From positions 168,640,001 through 168,704,000 of the forward strand of contig JBNRSN020000006.1 in NCBI GenBank assembly GCA_051313645.2: a DNA stretch of 64,000 bases, in the 5' to 3' direction. Position numbers and translations under genes: made by a program. Under the pieces are notes generated by a model that had not been told where the DNA came from, ran no database searches, and was given only the letters and a program-made list of their open reading frames with translations. Source of the stretch: Centroscyllium fabricii (Eukaryota). Shown here one piece after another: positions 49,472 through 61,849 of this stretch (position 1 is the stretch's first letter; the number at the start of each line of letters is the position of its first letter).

Positions 49472-50890
49472 CAGGGTGCTACAAAAAAATAAAAATTCAC
49501 TTGCCCGTTCGGGCAAGGGGATTTCTAAAACATTTGCCTGAACACACATTTCATTTGCCCAATATTTTTAAAGAAATAAATAAATATTTTACATTTTTAT
49601 TAAAATGCTTCAATATAAAGCCATAGATTGCGATTGTGCCTTTAGTTGCATTGGCCCGGTTTCTACCCCTCTCTGCCAGGGTCTCTCTACTCTGAACATT
49701 CTTCCCTCATTTACCAAACATTCTGTGAAGCCTCCGCAGGCCACGGGCTCCCTCACTCTCTCCCCGCCTACCTTCATCCAGCAGCCGCTCCGGTTTTTTC
49801 TCTCCCCCTCAGCGGGTCGACGGCACTGACCCACTCTTGCCGGGCACCACCTAACCCGACTGCTGCCCCGTCCCGATTGACACGCCGCCGCCTCCTCCAA
49901 TCCCCACCGCGCCGCCCGGCCCTCCCAGCCAATCTGCACCCGCTTCCAGGACGGGAGCCACCTACCCGTGCCCTCGATCAAAAGTGGTTTTGTCGCGCCC
50001 TGGACGGTCCCTGGATTGGGTCTCTGGGTGCCAGGGTCCCTGGATTGGGTCTCTGGGTGCCAGGGTCCCTGGATTGGGTCTCTGGGTGCCAGGGTCCCTG
50101 GATTGGGTCTCTGGGTGCCAGGGTCCCTGGATTGGGTCTCTGGGTGCCAGGGTCCCTGGATTGGGTCTCTGGGTGCCAGGGTCCCTGGATTGGGTCTCTG
50201 GGTGCCAGGGTCTCTGGGTGCCAGGGTCCCTGGATGCCAGGGTCCCTGGATGCCAGGGTCCCTGGATGCCAGGGTCCCTGGATGCCAGGGTCCCTGGATT
50301 CGGCAGACTGGCAACCTGTAACCCTAATGGGAGATGAATCAGAGCTCTGTCAAACCACTGACAAGCACTACCCCCGGGACACACACTGGAAAAGCTGCCG
50401 CGCCCCTTGCACTGCGGCCACGTGACACAGGCTGCCCCGCCAATCAACCGCCTAGAGGGCAGGGCCTGGGCGTGGCTCCGTAAGTTCAAAGGTTCCCCTC
50501 TGCCGCGGACGCAGAGAAGTGAGTTGGGGACCGCCGCCTCACTTCACTGCTGGTTCGAGCTGCTGCGAGACGCTGAGGTGTTGCGGCGCCAAGTGGCGGC
50601 CGGTCGGCCAGAGCAAGCTGTGATTGGCCGAGTACGGACAGGGGGCGGGGCGCAGCACGAGAAAACTGCTGGGCTGTGATTGGCCGAGCTCGGGCGGGGC
50701 AGAGATGAAAACCAATCGGCCGATGCGCGCCCACCCCACCCCCCGCTAATCTGCACCCGCCTCCAGGGCGGGATCCACCCACCCGTTCCCATGGCCCCGA
50801 TCACTTGCCCGGTCGGGCAAGTAAGATTTTCATTTACTTGCCCGGCGGTGCATTTTACTTGCCCCGGGCAAGCGGTTTTATCGCGCCCGG
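49472..50890. mobile_element. Non-autonomous hAT-like element with a 5-bp TSD
   Basis: ATAGT|CAGGGTGCTACAAAA ... TTTTATCGCGCCCGG|ATAGT; subterminal TTGCCC/GGGCAA palindromes; the CR1 is restored on removal. Confidence 0.8.
50006..50299. repeat. Minisatellite: ~7 x 29 bp then ~5 x 16 bp
   Basis: (GGGTCCCTGGATTGGGTCTCTGGGTGCCA)n followed by (GGGTCCCTGGATGCCA)n. Confidence 0.95.
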
Positions 50891-51319
50891 ATAGTATTGG
50901 TCTCCTTATTTAAGGAAGGATGTAAATGCGTTGGAAGCAGTTCGGAGAAGGTTTACTAAACTAGTACCTGGAATGGGCGGGTTGTCTTATGAGGAAAGGT
51001 TGGACAGGCTAGGCTTGTATCTGCTGGTGTTTAGGAGTAAGAGGTGACTTGATTGAAACATTTAAGATCCGGAGGGGTCTGGACAGGGTGAATAGGAGGC
51101 AGGAATGTGGAGTAATCGAATCAGCCATGATCTTATTGAATGGCGGAGCAGGCTCGAGGGGCCAAGTGGCCTACTCCTGCTCATAATTTGTACGTTTGTA
51201 TGTAATACACATACCCAAATATTGTTGCATGTAACATTTTAGCTCAGCTTGAACCACTGTATATGACAGGGGCGGATTGTAAAATAATAAGTGTTCTAAA
51301 CCATACAAGCCATGATATG

Positions 51320-51950
51320 GAGCACCAGTCGGGGAACACTTCAGCAGTCAAGGACATTCAGCTTCTGATCTTCGGGTAAGCATTCTCCAAGGTGGCCTTT
51401 GAGACACACGACGCAAAATCGTCGAGCAGAAACTGATAGCCAAGTTCCGCACTCATGAGGACGGCCTCAACCGGGATCTTAGGTTCATGTCATGCTACAT
51501 GTAACCCCACTTGACGTAGAGTCATCCAGCCTCGAGTCGTCATTGGTTTGTTCTCTACACAGATGCGGCTGGACCTGCTGTGATTTCCAGCAAAACATTT
51601 TTTTTAATTTTATTTTTTATTGCTTTGTTTGTTTGCTGTTTTTCATACAGCAGGTGCAACATTTGACCTCTTGTGACCCCACCTCATTGTTCTTTGATGG
51701 AATGTTTTGCTGACTGACCTGTTTGGACACCATTTACACCTTTGATTGCAGTGATTATCTCTCTGCCGAGGGGTGATAAAGGGCAGTTAGAAAAATTACC
51801 TGTAATCATCTAGCATTGTTTTCTGACTATATATGCTGTGCCTATGTGCATCTCTTCACTTCACCAGACTAAGGAGCAGCACTCTGAAAACTTGTGATCT
51901 CAAATAAAACAGTTGGACTATAACCTGGTGTTGTGTGACTTCTTACATTA
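51320..51950 (+). mobile_element. Penelope-like element 3' end
   Basis: PVGEHFS..GHSASDLRVSIL, EQKLIAKFRTHEDGLNRD; degenerate hammerhead-like motif at ~51862-51895; AATAAA at ~51903. Confidence 0.75.
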
Positions 51951-53360
51951 AAACATACAACAGATCCATTACTGACAATTCCCTTGCTATCTTACATGAA
52001 AAGATGATTTGGGCCTCCGGTAATTCAAAGGTTGTGAACTACAGCCAAAATTGCATTTGACGAAATAATTTAAGAAAGGGATTTGCAAATCATTTTGGAT
52101 ATCTGCAAGCAAGGTTTAAAAAAATTCTCTTTTCTCTCCTGTAACCTTGCTTTGAATAGCTGGTTCATTCAAACAGAAACTCCTTGATAACCGTTCTATT
52201 AGCAGAAATGCCTACATTCAACTCTACCCAAAGAAAGACTTTTGCTGTAATTTAAGAGCAAGCTTTCTTTCAGTCCTTTCATGTTAGATGCAGGCAATTC
52301 AAATGGCAAGCCACGGTCTATCTTGGGACTGGGAATCCATCACATTTTGAGAGAAAGTTCAAACTCTCTTCCCCTCCTCCCATCAAGGAAATTGGCACAT
52401 TCCACATTCCAATTGTTCTCTCATCGCTGCTCCTGTCTCTTGCCTGATGCTTCTGTTTCACTTGGGGAGGGGAGTTATGGCTGCGCCCTATAGCCAAGAA
52501 TCCCTGAGCTTGCAATAGTTATACCACTCACAGACAGGAGCCAGGAACAAGGTGTTTGGAAACTGATAGTGTGAATTGGGAAGGAGACTGCTTCATAACT
52601 TGGTGGGTGGAGAAGAGGGGGCTACTTCTGCAAAAGGGAAGAGTATGTGTTGATTTTAAATGAGGAGGAAGCTATTTGCATGTAGGAAATTTGAGCAAAA
52701 CTTAAAGACCATGCACTCTACGAGCACTCTGCCAATACCAGGCCCAAAGGTTAATTTTTATAAAGTAACTTTAAAACAAACAAGTTAATCAAATTTAGCA
52801 GAGTACCAAACATATCCACAATATTTAAAGAAATAAAGGAGTTGGGGTGGAGGGGGGGGAAAAGAGAGAAAGAGGGTCCAAAAAAATCTCTCTTCATACA
52901 TTACTTTTATCCCAGTCCATACAAGTTAAAAGCCCCCAGTATTATGGTTCTGCTGTCCATATCCCTCCTGAACTACTACAAATTTCCCACTTTGTTTCAT
53001 TTCCACTGTTTGGTGATCTCTAACGCACAAAGAATTATGGCATTTCCCTTCTTGTTCCTTACCTCTCATTTATATGGACTCCGTCTTAACACAACCTCCC
53101 TAGGACATCCTGAAGTTCTTTCTAGTGCTTGATTGAATTCTTCAATACTGCCACCCCACCCCCCTTTCCTCTACAGCTCCCACTCCTGTCCAAACCGACA
53201 CAATGCCTGTTATAGCTACTCTATCAGAATTATTTTATTAATTCAATTCAAATTGCTTTATTGGCATGACAAGATACATCTTATGTTGCCAAAGCACAGA
53301 AAAAGGACATATACAATTGAACATACAAATGCAGATTTAGACGTACAGTGAATGGACAAA

Positions 53361-53370
53361 TATATGTATG

Positions 53371-53432
<62 letters not shown>
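53361..53432. repeat. (TATG)3(TA)n microsatellite
   Basis: Direct reading; about 29 TA units. Confidence 0.97.
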
Positions 53433-53438
<6 letters not shown>

Positions 53439-53469
53439 AATAATATTTCTTCACTATTTACTTCAGCTA

Positions 53470-53990
53470 TTTCAATAGCTTTATTAATCCTGTTCTCCTT
53501 TTAAGTCTCAAGCCTAGACTGTTGCCCACCCCCACTACGCAAGGGCACTGGTGCAGTTTCAGCTGCAAGTGAAGGTCATTCCTTCGGAATAGACTTCTTT
53601 GTTTCCAGAACTCACTCCAAGGTCCCAAGAATGTGAGCCCTTCCCTTCTACACCAATCTTGCAGCCATGCATTGGCCATCTCAATCTTTCTCTCCTTAAC
53701 CTGCCCAGCATGTGGTACAGGAAGACACCCAGAGATTAACACCCATTTCAAGTTAGTGCCCAACTAATTCAACTCCCTCTGCAAGACCCCAAAGATATTT
53801 ATATCTTGGTCATCGGTTCCAACTTGGATCTCCTTCCCTTTGCAGTTTTTCTACCCATTCCATGATGTCTTTCACCCAGACACCAGGAATAAAACACATC
53901 AAGCAGCACACCCAGTCCTGACTGCAAAAAAGGCAATCTAATCCCCTTGCTGTAGAATTTCCCACCACTCCTATTTTTGTGACTCCCTGG
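53470..53990 (-). mobile_element. CR1 ORF1 (SGNH esterase) remnant
   Basis: VVGNSTARGLD, CFIPG..VKDI, NAWLQDWCRREGLTFL, LFRRNDLHL. Confidence 0.7.
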
Positions 53991-54374
53991 TCTTTCACTG
54001 CTCCATGGTGCCAAAATGTTGATCAGGTCTACCCTCTTCTGAGTGACTGTCACAGCAAGCTCATTACATTTAACAGATCACACATAGTTTTTAACTAGTC
54101 AATTGCAGTAAGATTAACACTGTGCCAGAAAAATAGTATTGGCAATGGAACAGTGTACTGATTATTGCTGCCTAAAATCTCCCAAATGACACCATGGCAG
54201 ATCATTGTAAAACAGGTAAATGGAAAGGTGTTTGATGGCCAGTTCTCAGAAATATAGAAATCAGGAGCAGGAGTAGGCCATTCGCCCCCGCCCCCCCCCC
54301 GAGCCTGCACCGCCATTCAATGCGATTATGGCTGATCATCCAAATTCAGTACCCTGTCCCTGCATTTGCCCCGG

Positions 54375-56130
54375 CAGAGATTTGGCAGATGGAATATAAT
54401 ACTGGAAAGTGTGAAGTTATGCACTTTGGCAGGAAAAATAAGAGCGCGAGTTATTATCTAAATGGAAAGAAACTGGAAAGTACTTCACTGCAAAGGGATC
54501 TGCGGGTCCTGGTGCAGGAAACACAAAAAGTTAGTATACAGGTGCAGCAGGTGGTCACGAAGGCCAACGGAATGTTGGCTTTTATTGCTAAGGGGATGGA
54601 GTATAAAAGCAGGGAGGTCTTGCTGCAGTTGTACAGGGTATTGGTGAGACCACACCTGGAGTACTGCATGCAGTTCTGGTATCCATATTTAAGAAAAGAC
54701 ATACTTGCTCTCGAGGCAGTGCAAAGAAGGTTCACTAGGTTAATTCCGGGGATGAGGGGGCTGACATATGACGAAATGCTGAGTAGATTGGGCCTCTACT
54801 CATTGGAGTTCAGAAGAATGAGAGGCGATCTTATTGAAGCATATAAGATTGTGAGAGGGCTTGGTCGGGTGGATGCGGTGAGCATGTTCCCAATGGTGGG
54901 TGAAACTAGGACTAGGGGGCATAATCTTAAAATAAGGGGCTGCCATTTCAAAACTGAGATGAGGAGAAACTTCTTCACTCAGAGGGTGGTGGGGCTGTGG
55001 AATTGGCTGCCCCAGAGAGCTGTGGAAGCTACTACAGGTTGAAGTTCATTAATCCGGCAGGTCGGGACCAGCACCCTGCCGGATTGGTGAAAACGCCTAA
55101 TTATTGAAGTCACGGCGGCGCATGCGCAGAACATTCAAAATGGGCGACACAAAATTTTCAACGCTCTGCGCGTGCGCTCGCCAGTACCTGGCAGTTGATT
55201 TTCAGCCCAAGGGTCGGGTGGAACTCGCACTCGATTTTGCTGCGGGTCAGGGAGCTGGCTGCACGGCTCCAGCGGGCCCAAGGCCCAATGCGCGGCTCAA
55301 GCCCGGCTCATGTGACGCCACCGCACGCCACCTTCGGAACGCGGCGTCGTCAGCACGCAGCCATCGATTCTGCTGCGGGTCAGGGAGCGGCCTGCACGGC
55401 TTCAGCGGGCCTGAGGCCCAATGCGCGGCTCAAGCCCGGCTCACGTGATGCCACCGCACGCCACCTTCGGAACGCGGTGATGTCAGCACGCAGTAGCCTC
55501 CGGCAGCGATGGGCACCGAGCATTGTCTGTGTCACGTCCTGCAAAAGGCGGCTGGCACAACAGCTCATCTTCTGGGCCTGGGATTCACCATCAGCATGGT
55601 CACTAAGCCGGGATCCAGTGAGTACATGTTAGGTGAAAGAGAAGCCCAGCCCCGATGGCGGCCATTTTGAATTGTCTGCGCATGCGCCGGGCAGTCGGAA
55701 AAATCTGTGCCGAACGACTGAAGCTGCCGGTTTTTCGGGTGCCGGATTAATGAACTTCCACCTGTACATTGAATAAATTTAAAACAGAGACAGACAGTTT
55801 TCTGGAAGTAAAGGGAATTAGGGGGTTATGGTGAGCGGGCAGGTAAGTGGACATGAGGCTAGGTGCAGATCAGCCATGTGATCTCCTGGACCAGTTTGAC
55901 GCCTAGATGGGTCGGAGAGGAATTTCCCAGATTTTTTCTCCCAAATTGGCCACTGGGATTTTTATCTGGTTTTTCGCCTCTCCCGGGTGATCACATGGGT
56001 TTGGGCGTGATGGAGAGTAAAATTGAAAGCAAAATTGAGGTTAGGATCAGATCAGCCATGATCTTGTTGAATGGCGGAGCAGGCTCGAGGGGCCGATTGG
56101 CCTACTCCTGCTCCTATTAATTATGTTCTT
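54375..56130 (+). mobile_element. CR1 LINE 3' fragment nested in an oppositely oriented CR1 tail
   Basis: ORF 54320-55042 carries CR1 ORF2 C-terminal motifs; the host CR1 tail lies at 54255-54370 (minus) and continues at 56135. Confidence 0.88.
55035..55764. mobile_element. Tigger/pogo-like MITE (copy 4)
   Basis: TA TSD; TIR CAGGTTGAAGTTCATTAATCCGGCA / TGCCGGATTAATGAACTTCCACCTG; interior is the reverse complement of copy 1. Confidence 0.85.
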
Positions 56131-56134
56131 ATAT

Positions 56135-57490
56135 CCATTGATCCCTTTATCCTTAAGAAATATACAACTACTTCTTGAATATATTTAATGAATTGGCCTT
56201 TACGGCCTTCTGTGGTGGAGAATTCCACAGGTTCACCACTCTCTGGGTGAAGAAATTCCTCCTCGTCTCTGTCCTAAATGATTTACCCCTTATCCTTAGA
56301 CTCTGACCCCTGGTTCTGGACTCCCCGGCCATCGGGCACATCCTTCGTGCATCTAGTCTGTCTAGTTTTTAGAATTTTATAAGTTTCAATGAGATCCCCT
56401 CTCATTCTTCTAAACTCCAGCGAGTATAAGCCCAATCGACCCAATCTCTCCTCATACGTCATTCCTGCCATCCCAGGTATAAGCCTGGTGAATCTTCCCT
56501 GAACTCCTTCCATGGCAAGAACATCCTTCCTTAGATAAGGCGACCAAAACTGCACACAGTACTCAAGGTGTGGGCTCACCAAGACCCTGTACAACTGCAG
56601 CAAGACATCCTTGTTCCTGTACTCAAACCCTCTCACTATGAAGGCCAACATACCATTTGCCTTCTTAACCACCTGTTGCACCTGCATGCTTACCTTCAGC
56701 GGCTGGTGCACAAGGACACCCAGGTCTTGTTGAACTTCCACTTCTCCCAATCTATCGCCATTCAGATAATAATCTGCCTTCTTGCTTTTGCCACCAAAGC
56801 GGATAACCTCACTTTTATCCACATTACACTGCATCTGCCACGCATCTGCCCAATCACCCAAACTGTCCGAATCATACTGGAGTTTCTCGGCATCCTCCTC
56901 ACAGCACACACGCTCATCCAGCTTTGTGTCGTCTGCAAACTTGGAGATATTACATCTAGTTCCCTCGTCCAGATCATTAATATATATTGTGAATAGCTGG
57001 GATCCAAGGACCGATCCCTGCGATACCCCACTAGTCACTGCCTGCCAATCGGGAAAAGAGCCGTTTATTCCAACTCTTTGCTTTCTGTCTGCCAACCAGT
57101 TCTCTATCCAAGTCAATACCTTGCCCCCAATCCCATGTGCCTTAACTTTACACGCTAATCTCTTATGTGGGACCTTATCGAAAGCCTTTTGAAAGTCCAA
57201 GTACACCACATCCACTGGTTCTCCCCTTATCTATTTTACCAGTTACCTTTTGTAAATCGATGTTGACTTTGTCTGATCCGGTCACTATTTTCCAAGTGCT
57301 CTGCTATTACATCTTTTATAATGGACTCTAGCATTTTCCCCACTACAGATGTCAGGCTTACCGGTCTGTAATTCCCCCGTTTTCGCTCTACCACCTTTTT
57401 TGAACAGTGGGGTAACATTAGCTACCCTCCAATCCAAGGGTACTGTTCCAGAGAAGATGACCAGCAATGCATCTACTATTTCTAGGGCTC
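56135..57490 (-). mobile_element. CR1 LINE ORF2 fragment
   Basis: 310-aa ORF 56283-57215 with [11 protein letters not shown] and KFADD; NYRPVSLTSVVGK upstream. Confidence 0.92.
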
Positions 57491-58073
57491 TTGTTTGCCT
57501 GATGTGCAACACTTACACTGAATGAGTGTTTTTTTTGGCAACTACCAACTGGTTTGAAGGTGGTTAACATTTCGAAGCTTCTTTTAAGGACAATCCCTGG
57601 GTAACCAGAAGTTAGTTTTTTGTATGCATTTAAAATTCAGGCCTAAAGCAAATAAAGATCAGGTTAAAGAAACGTTAATACTGTCAACTGCACTTGAAAG
57701 GTAATTCAAGTTCTGTGAGATCTATATAGCTAAGTATACCAGTGTCAATTTTGAAATGTACAAATTACATACATCAATTCGTCTAAATGTGCCAGTTTAA
57801 TTCACAAGGTAAACACCATTCCCTCAATCTTTAAGTGTTTCAAAGGTCACAGGCCTGTAGGGGAGAATCAGCAGTACCCAGAATAGTTTCTTGTGCACTA
57901 CAGATTTCGAATATACACTCAAATGCATATATTAGGCAAGTGCATTTAAATTATGGGATTATCTGAAAAATGCCAGTGTACAAAATATCTGAAAACTAAA
58001 GAATTTTAACCACCAGTACAGCACAGCATAGCTGCAGACTAAATATCAGTCTCAACAGTTATTTTATACTTGC

Positions 58074-59642
58074 CCTACGTATGGCTTCCTCCTCCTCTTG
58101 ACGCTTTTCATAATGTGCAAAGTCATCAAAGATTGAAGTGGTATGCTTGTAAGTAGCAATTATTTTAAGCACTTGCTTGGCTTTTTCCAGGGGCACCTCC
58201 TGGGTGTCCCTTGAGTTGGTAACCGGTTTGTTATCATTGTTTTCCAATCGAATATGCCGTAGCTGGTTATTGGGTACATCTTTCACAAAGATCCACTTCA
58301 CTTCAAACTTGCCCTTCCACTTATCCTGTGACCACACTCCAGCATAAGCGTTATAGTCCACTGCGGACTTCATCTCAGCCACTCCACAAAAATGTCCACT
58401 TCCATTTACACTGAAGAGTAAATAGAGTGGCCCTTTACCGTTCAGGGAGCGGAAAGCAGCATCCAAACGTTTATTACCATGCTCAGTACTACACCAAATA
58501 GAGTATTTGATAGAACGGTGTATATCGTCCTCAGAGTAGCTTTTAATTATAAATACTCGGCCTGTCTTCAGACTCCAGTCAAAATCTTTGGGGTTGTAAT
58601 TGTGTATGCCCTTTAGTTTTTCCAACACAGGATGTACTTCTCCTCCAGATGGTGAAGTGCTTAATGATGCCATACCCAACACAAAATTCTCACTATTCGC
58701 TCCACTGTTCTGATTGAAGCCAGCTCCCCGATTGCGAGGAGCCACCCAGCGGTTTTGTGGCTGCTGTTGAACTTGAGGCTGTGGTTGTTGAGGCCCTGGA
58801 TGCGGTGGTTGTTGCTGATGTGTTGGGTGGGTCTGAATAGCAATTGGTTGCTGTGGAAGTTGATGTTGCTGGATAACAACTTGAGGAGGCATAACTTGCT
58901 GTGCAGGTGGGACTTTGGGCACATTACCTTTCTCTTCCCAAGTTCCAATATTCATGTTGTGTTTTATAGGTGGTGGTGGCACTGCAGGTCCACCTATTCC
59001 CAAGTTAGTCTTAGGCTTTAGTTTGGGCTGAGGCTTTGCAGGCTTCCTAGCAATAGCAGCCCATGATGTTGGTTTAGGTGCTGAAGTGGTTGTTGCTTGG
59101 TTGCTATTAGTAACAATGCTACTGCACATTCCTGTACTACTAAGAGCAGAACCTACAGTTTTAGTGACAGCTGTTGTCATATCTCCTCCAATCTTCAGTC
59201 CAGTCATGCCTTGCTCAATGCTATTTATGCCAGGCACCTTACTCAAAGAATCATTGCCAAATCCAGCTTGTCCATCAGCTATGGCTCTTCCAAGAGAACT
59301 GGGTGGGTATCCATAGCTGTTGCTATATGCAGAACTTTGTGTTGACTGTCCTTGAGATCCACTCGCACCCCAAGTAGAAAAATCTGCATTCCCAGGAAAA
59401 AAGTTAAATCCATGTTGATTCAAAAATGGCGGGGTGCTCCCCAGGGCCCCGGGCTGACTAAATACACCATCTGGTATAAAGTGATGTTCACCATTGCTCA
59501 TCTGTCCATATGTTGTTAAGTATGGCATTGGAGGATCTCCCCCTGTTGACCAGGGAGCTTCACCAAGTGAATATGGAAATCCAATGGAAGGAGCATAGTA
59601 ACTGGGCATATATGGGTCGGACATTGGTGGGTAGCTGTTGCT
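58074..59642 (-). CDS. YTHDF3: YTH domain-containing family protein 3, large internal coding exon (523 codons)
   Basis: Acceptor TTTTTATTTCTTGCAG|AGC; [30 protein letters not shown]-terminal region; P/Q-rich low-complexity region; complete YTH domain ([29 protein letters not shown]...SRDTQEV). Donor AGG|GCAAGT. Upstream exons are outside the window. Confidence 0.95.
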
Positions 59643-60510
59643 CTGCAAGAAATAAAAACAAAATTTAATCTACGAACATAAACAATACAGCACAAGAACT
59701 ATACATTTTTCACACAAGCTATCAGACCTTCTGTAGTGCTATTCGAGACAGAGCACACCCACTGTTTTATAAAGACATCAGCAATTATACAGTACAACAC
59801 ACTATTACTAAAGTGCAGCTGCATTTAACTTAGTGTTCCTTTAAGGTCAGATGGTGCAATTCTTATTTTTTTAATTTTTAAGAATTAAATCAATTGAAAG
59901 CTATTTTCTGTGGGTGGGAACATTTCTCTGCACACTGGAACAGACTGATTTATTCTCTTTCAGACGTGGCACAAATTTGCTTACAAGATGATGTAACACT
60001 TGAACTGATTAGCTTTATGTAACTCGTGCACACGAAACAATCCCTCATTAGTGACGGAGAAAAAAATTAATACCACATAGCAAAAACAATCAAGATTAGT
60101 TTGCAGCAATTCAAACATCACACAAATTATCTGCTATATTAAAAGTGGTTATAATCCTTTAGTTTTGTTTTAAGTTGCAGTCACTTTATACCACAGTTGC
60201 TGAACTGTTTCAAATGGTGACCTGCAGTCAATTCACACAAAGCTGAAGTTTGGAATACAAAGACATATCTATTTCATACAGTAAGCGCACACCTCCCAGG
60301 ATCTGCTGCTACTCTGGGAGCTTAATTCAATCTATAAGTGTAATTGGCCCAAAAATCTAACTACAAAAACTAAGCTGCCTTCAGGGCAATTTCTGCGGTG
60401 CCAATATTTCCATCAGCGTGCATTTATACTTCCAAAAGGGAAAATTAAACTTGGAATTTTTCTACAGGAAGCCTGCAGAAAATTTCGCTTTGCGACTATA
60501 TAAATGCAAG

Positions 60511-60725
60511 AGCAAAATACTGCAGATGCTGGAAATCTGAAATAAAAACAGAAAATACTGCAAATACTCAGCAGGTCAGGCAGCAACTGTGGAGAGAGAA
60601 ACAGAGTTAACGTTTCAGGTCGACGTTCCGACGAAGAGTCATCGACCTGAAACGTTAACTCTGTTTCTCTCTCTACAGATACTGCCTGACCTGCTGAGTA
60701 TTTGCAGCATTTTCTGTTTTTATTT
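60511..60725. mobile_element. Penelope-derived palindromic element with a hammerhead-like core and 14-bp TSD
   Basis: Inverted arms ~60540-60623 and 60642-60725; direct repeat TATATAAATGCAAG at 60497-60510 and 60726-60739. Confidence 0.8.
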
Positions 60726-61849
60726 TATATAAATGCAAGTACCCTGTACTTTTAAAGTCATTTGAGGCCCCCTAAAGTCATACTGGTAACTGCAACATTA
60801 CAACTGTGAAATACCCAATGATCAAATGTCCACACCACTATTTATTTTGATGACACATCAGAATTTTCGCTCTTTTGATCCTGAAGGCAGCTGATCATCC
60901 TAATGACTAGAAACCTCTCTGGAACCTTGTGCAACTAGCCATTCTTCAGCAGAAAACTTAGAGGATAAGTGTCGACCAAAAGAGTGCAAATACAAATTAT
61001 ATCCTCAGATGCAAATTTTCCAGTAGGCGTTAGTGGCTAGCATTAGAAACTGGACCACTGGTCGATTTTAACCATCCGAGCCAAGGAGGTACAGAGATAA
61101 CTGTACTGCCTTCACTGCTGATTGAGATCAGCTGACGCAGCACAGATCAGAGACCAAACCTGGGACTTCCCCGTCTGTACAACTCAACACTACAATCTGC
61201 AAAGTCATAAATTACAATATAGAAGACAGTCATTTTACCTATCGCACTAGTACCTGTCCCAGCATGCATTCACCCACTGAGACATAAGGAGCCCACATCA
61301 TTTTACGATTTAGATTCCAGGCTCAGTAAACTACATTTAAGGTTATTCCCTGTGCATGTTTAAAAGTAGCTTATAAAAAGGTTTCAGAAACCAAACACAG
61401 GTCAGTGTTTGAAACTCATAACTCCAATTTGCATTGGCCCCAAACATTTTTATTTATTTTTTAAATCTACAAAGCTGTTTGTAAGACTTCAATCCAAACA
61501 GATTCTCCAGCAGCCCCTGGTTAAAACAAAGATTCCCAGGTAAAGAGATGCTTTTAAGTTTAATGATACTGTATACATATACAATCCAGAACCAGTATTA
61601 CCACCACCTTAAACATCCTTGCAGTATTTAAACAACATGCAATTAAAATCATGAGACAACAGGCTGCTAAAACAGCATATTTCACTTTCTAAGAAATAGA
61701 GGCCCCAACTAACTCATGTTTCTCTCCTTCCCTCTCCCTCCCATAAATACTGGGCTGAAATTGGAAGTAATTGCTACCCTTCCCTTCTACATGTACTGTT
61801 GCTAAAGACCAAAAGAATTCCCGTGCATTTTTTTTTTTTTTTGGAATCG

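Larger units (their letters stand above)
48630..51195 (+). mobile_element. CR1 LINE fragments interrupted by a DNA transposon
   Basis: [29 protein letters not shown]; CR1 tails at ~48730-48800 and ~51120-51190. Confidence 0.88.

Noticed and set aside
50006-50299. CRISPR-like array, and the repetitive ORFs 49610-50314, 49646-50425 and 49962-50489
   Set aside because: Head-to-tail repeats with no unique spacers, eukaryotic context, no cas genes; the ORFs are translations of the minisatellite.
58059-59648. 529-aa ORF as an intronless YTHDF retrocopy
   Set aside because: The ORF starts at TTG inside a splice acceptor, lacks the N-terminus, and a matching last exon exists at 25292-25272; it is an internal exon.
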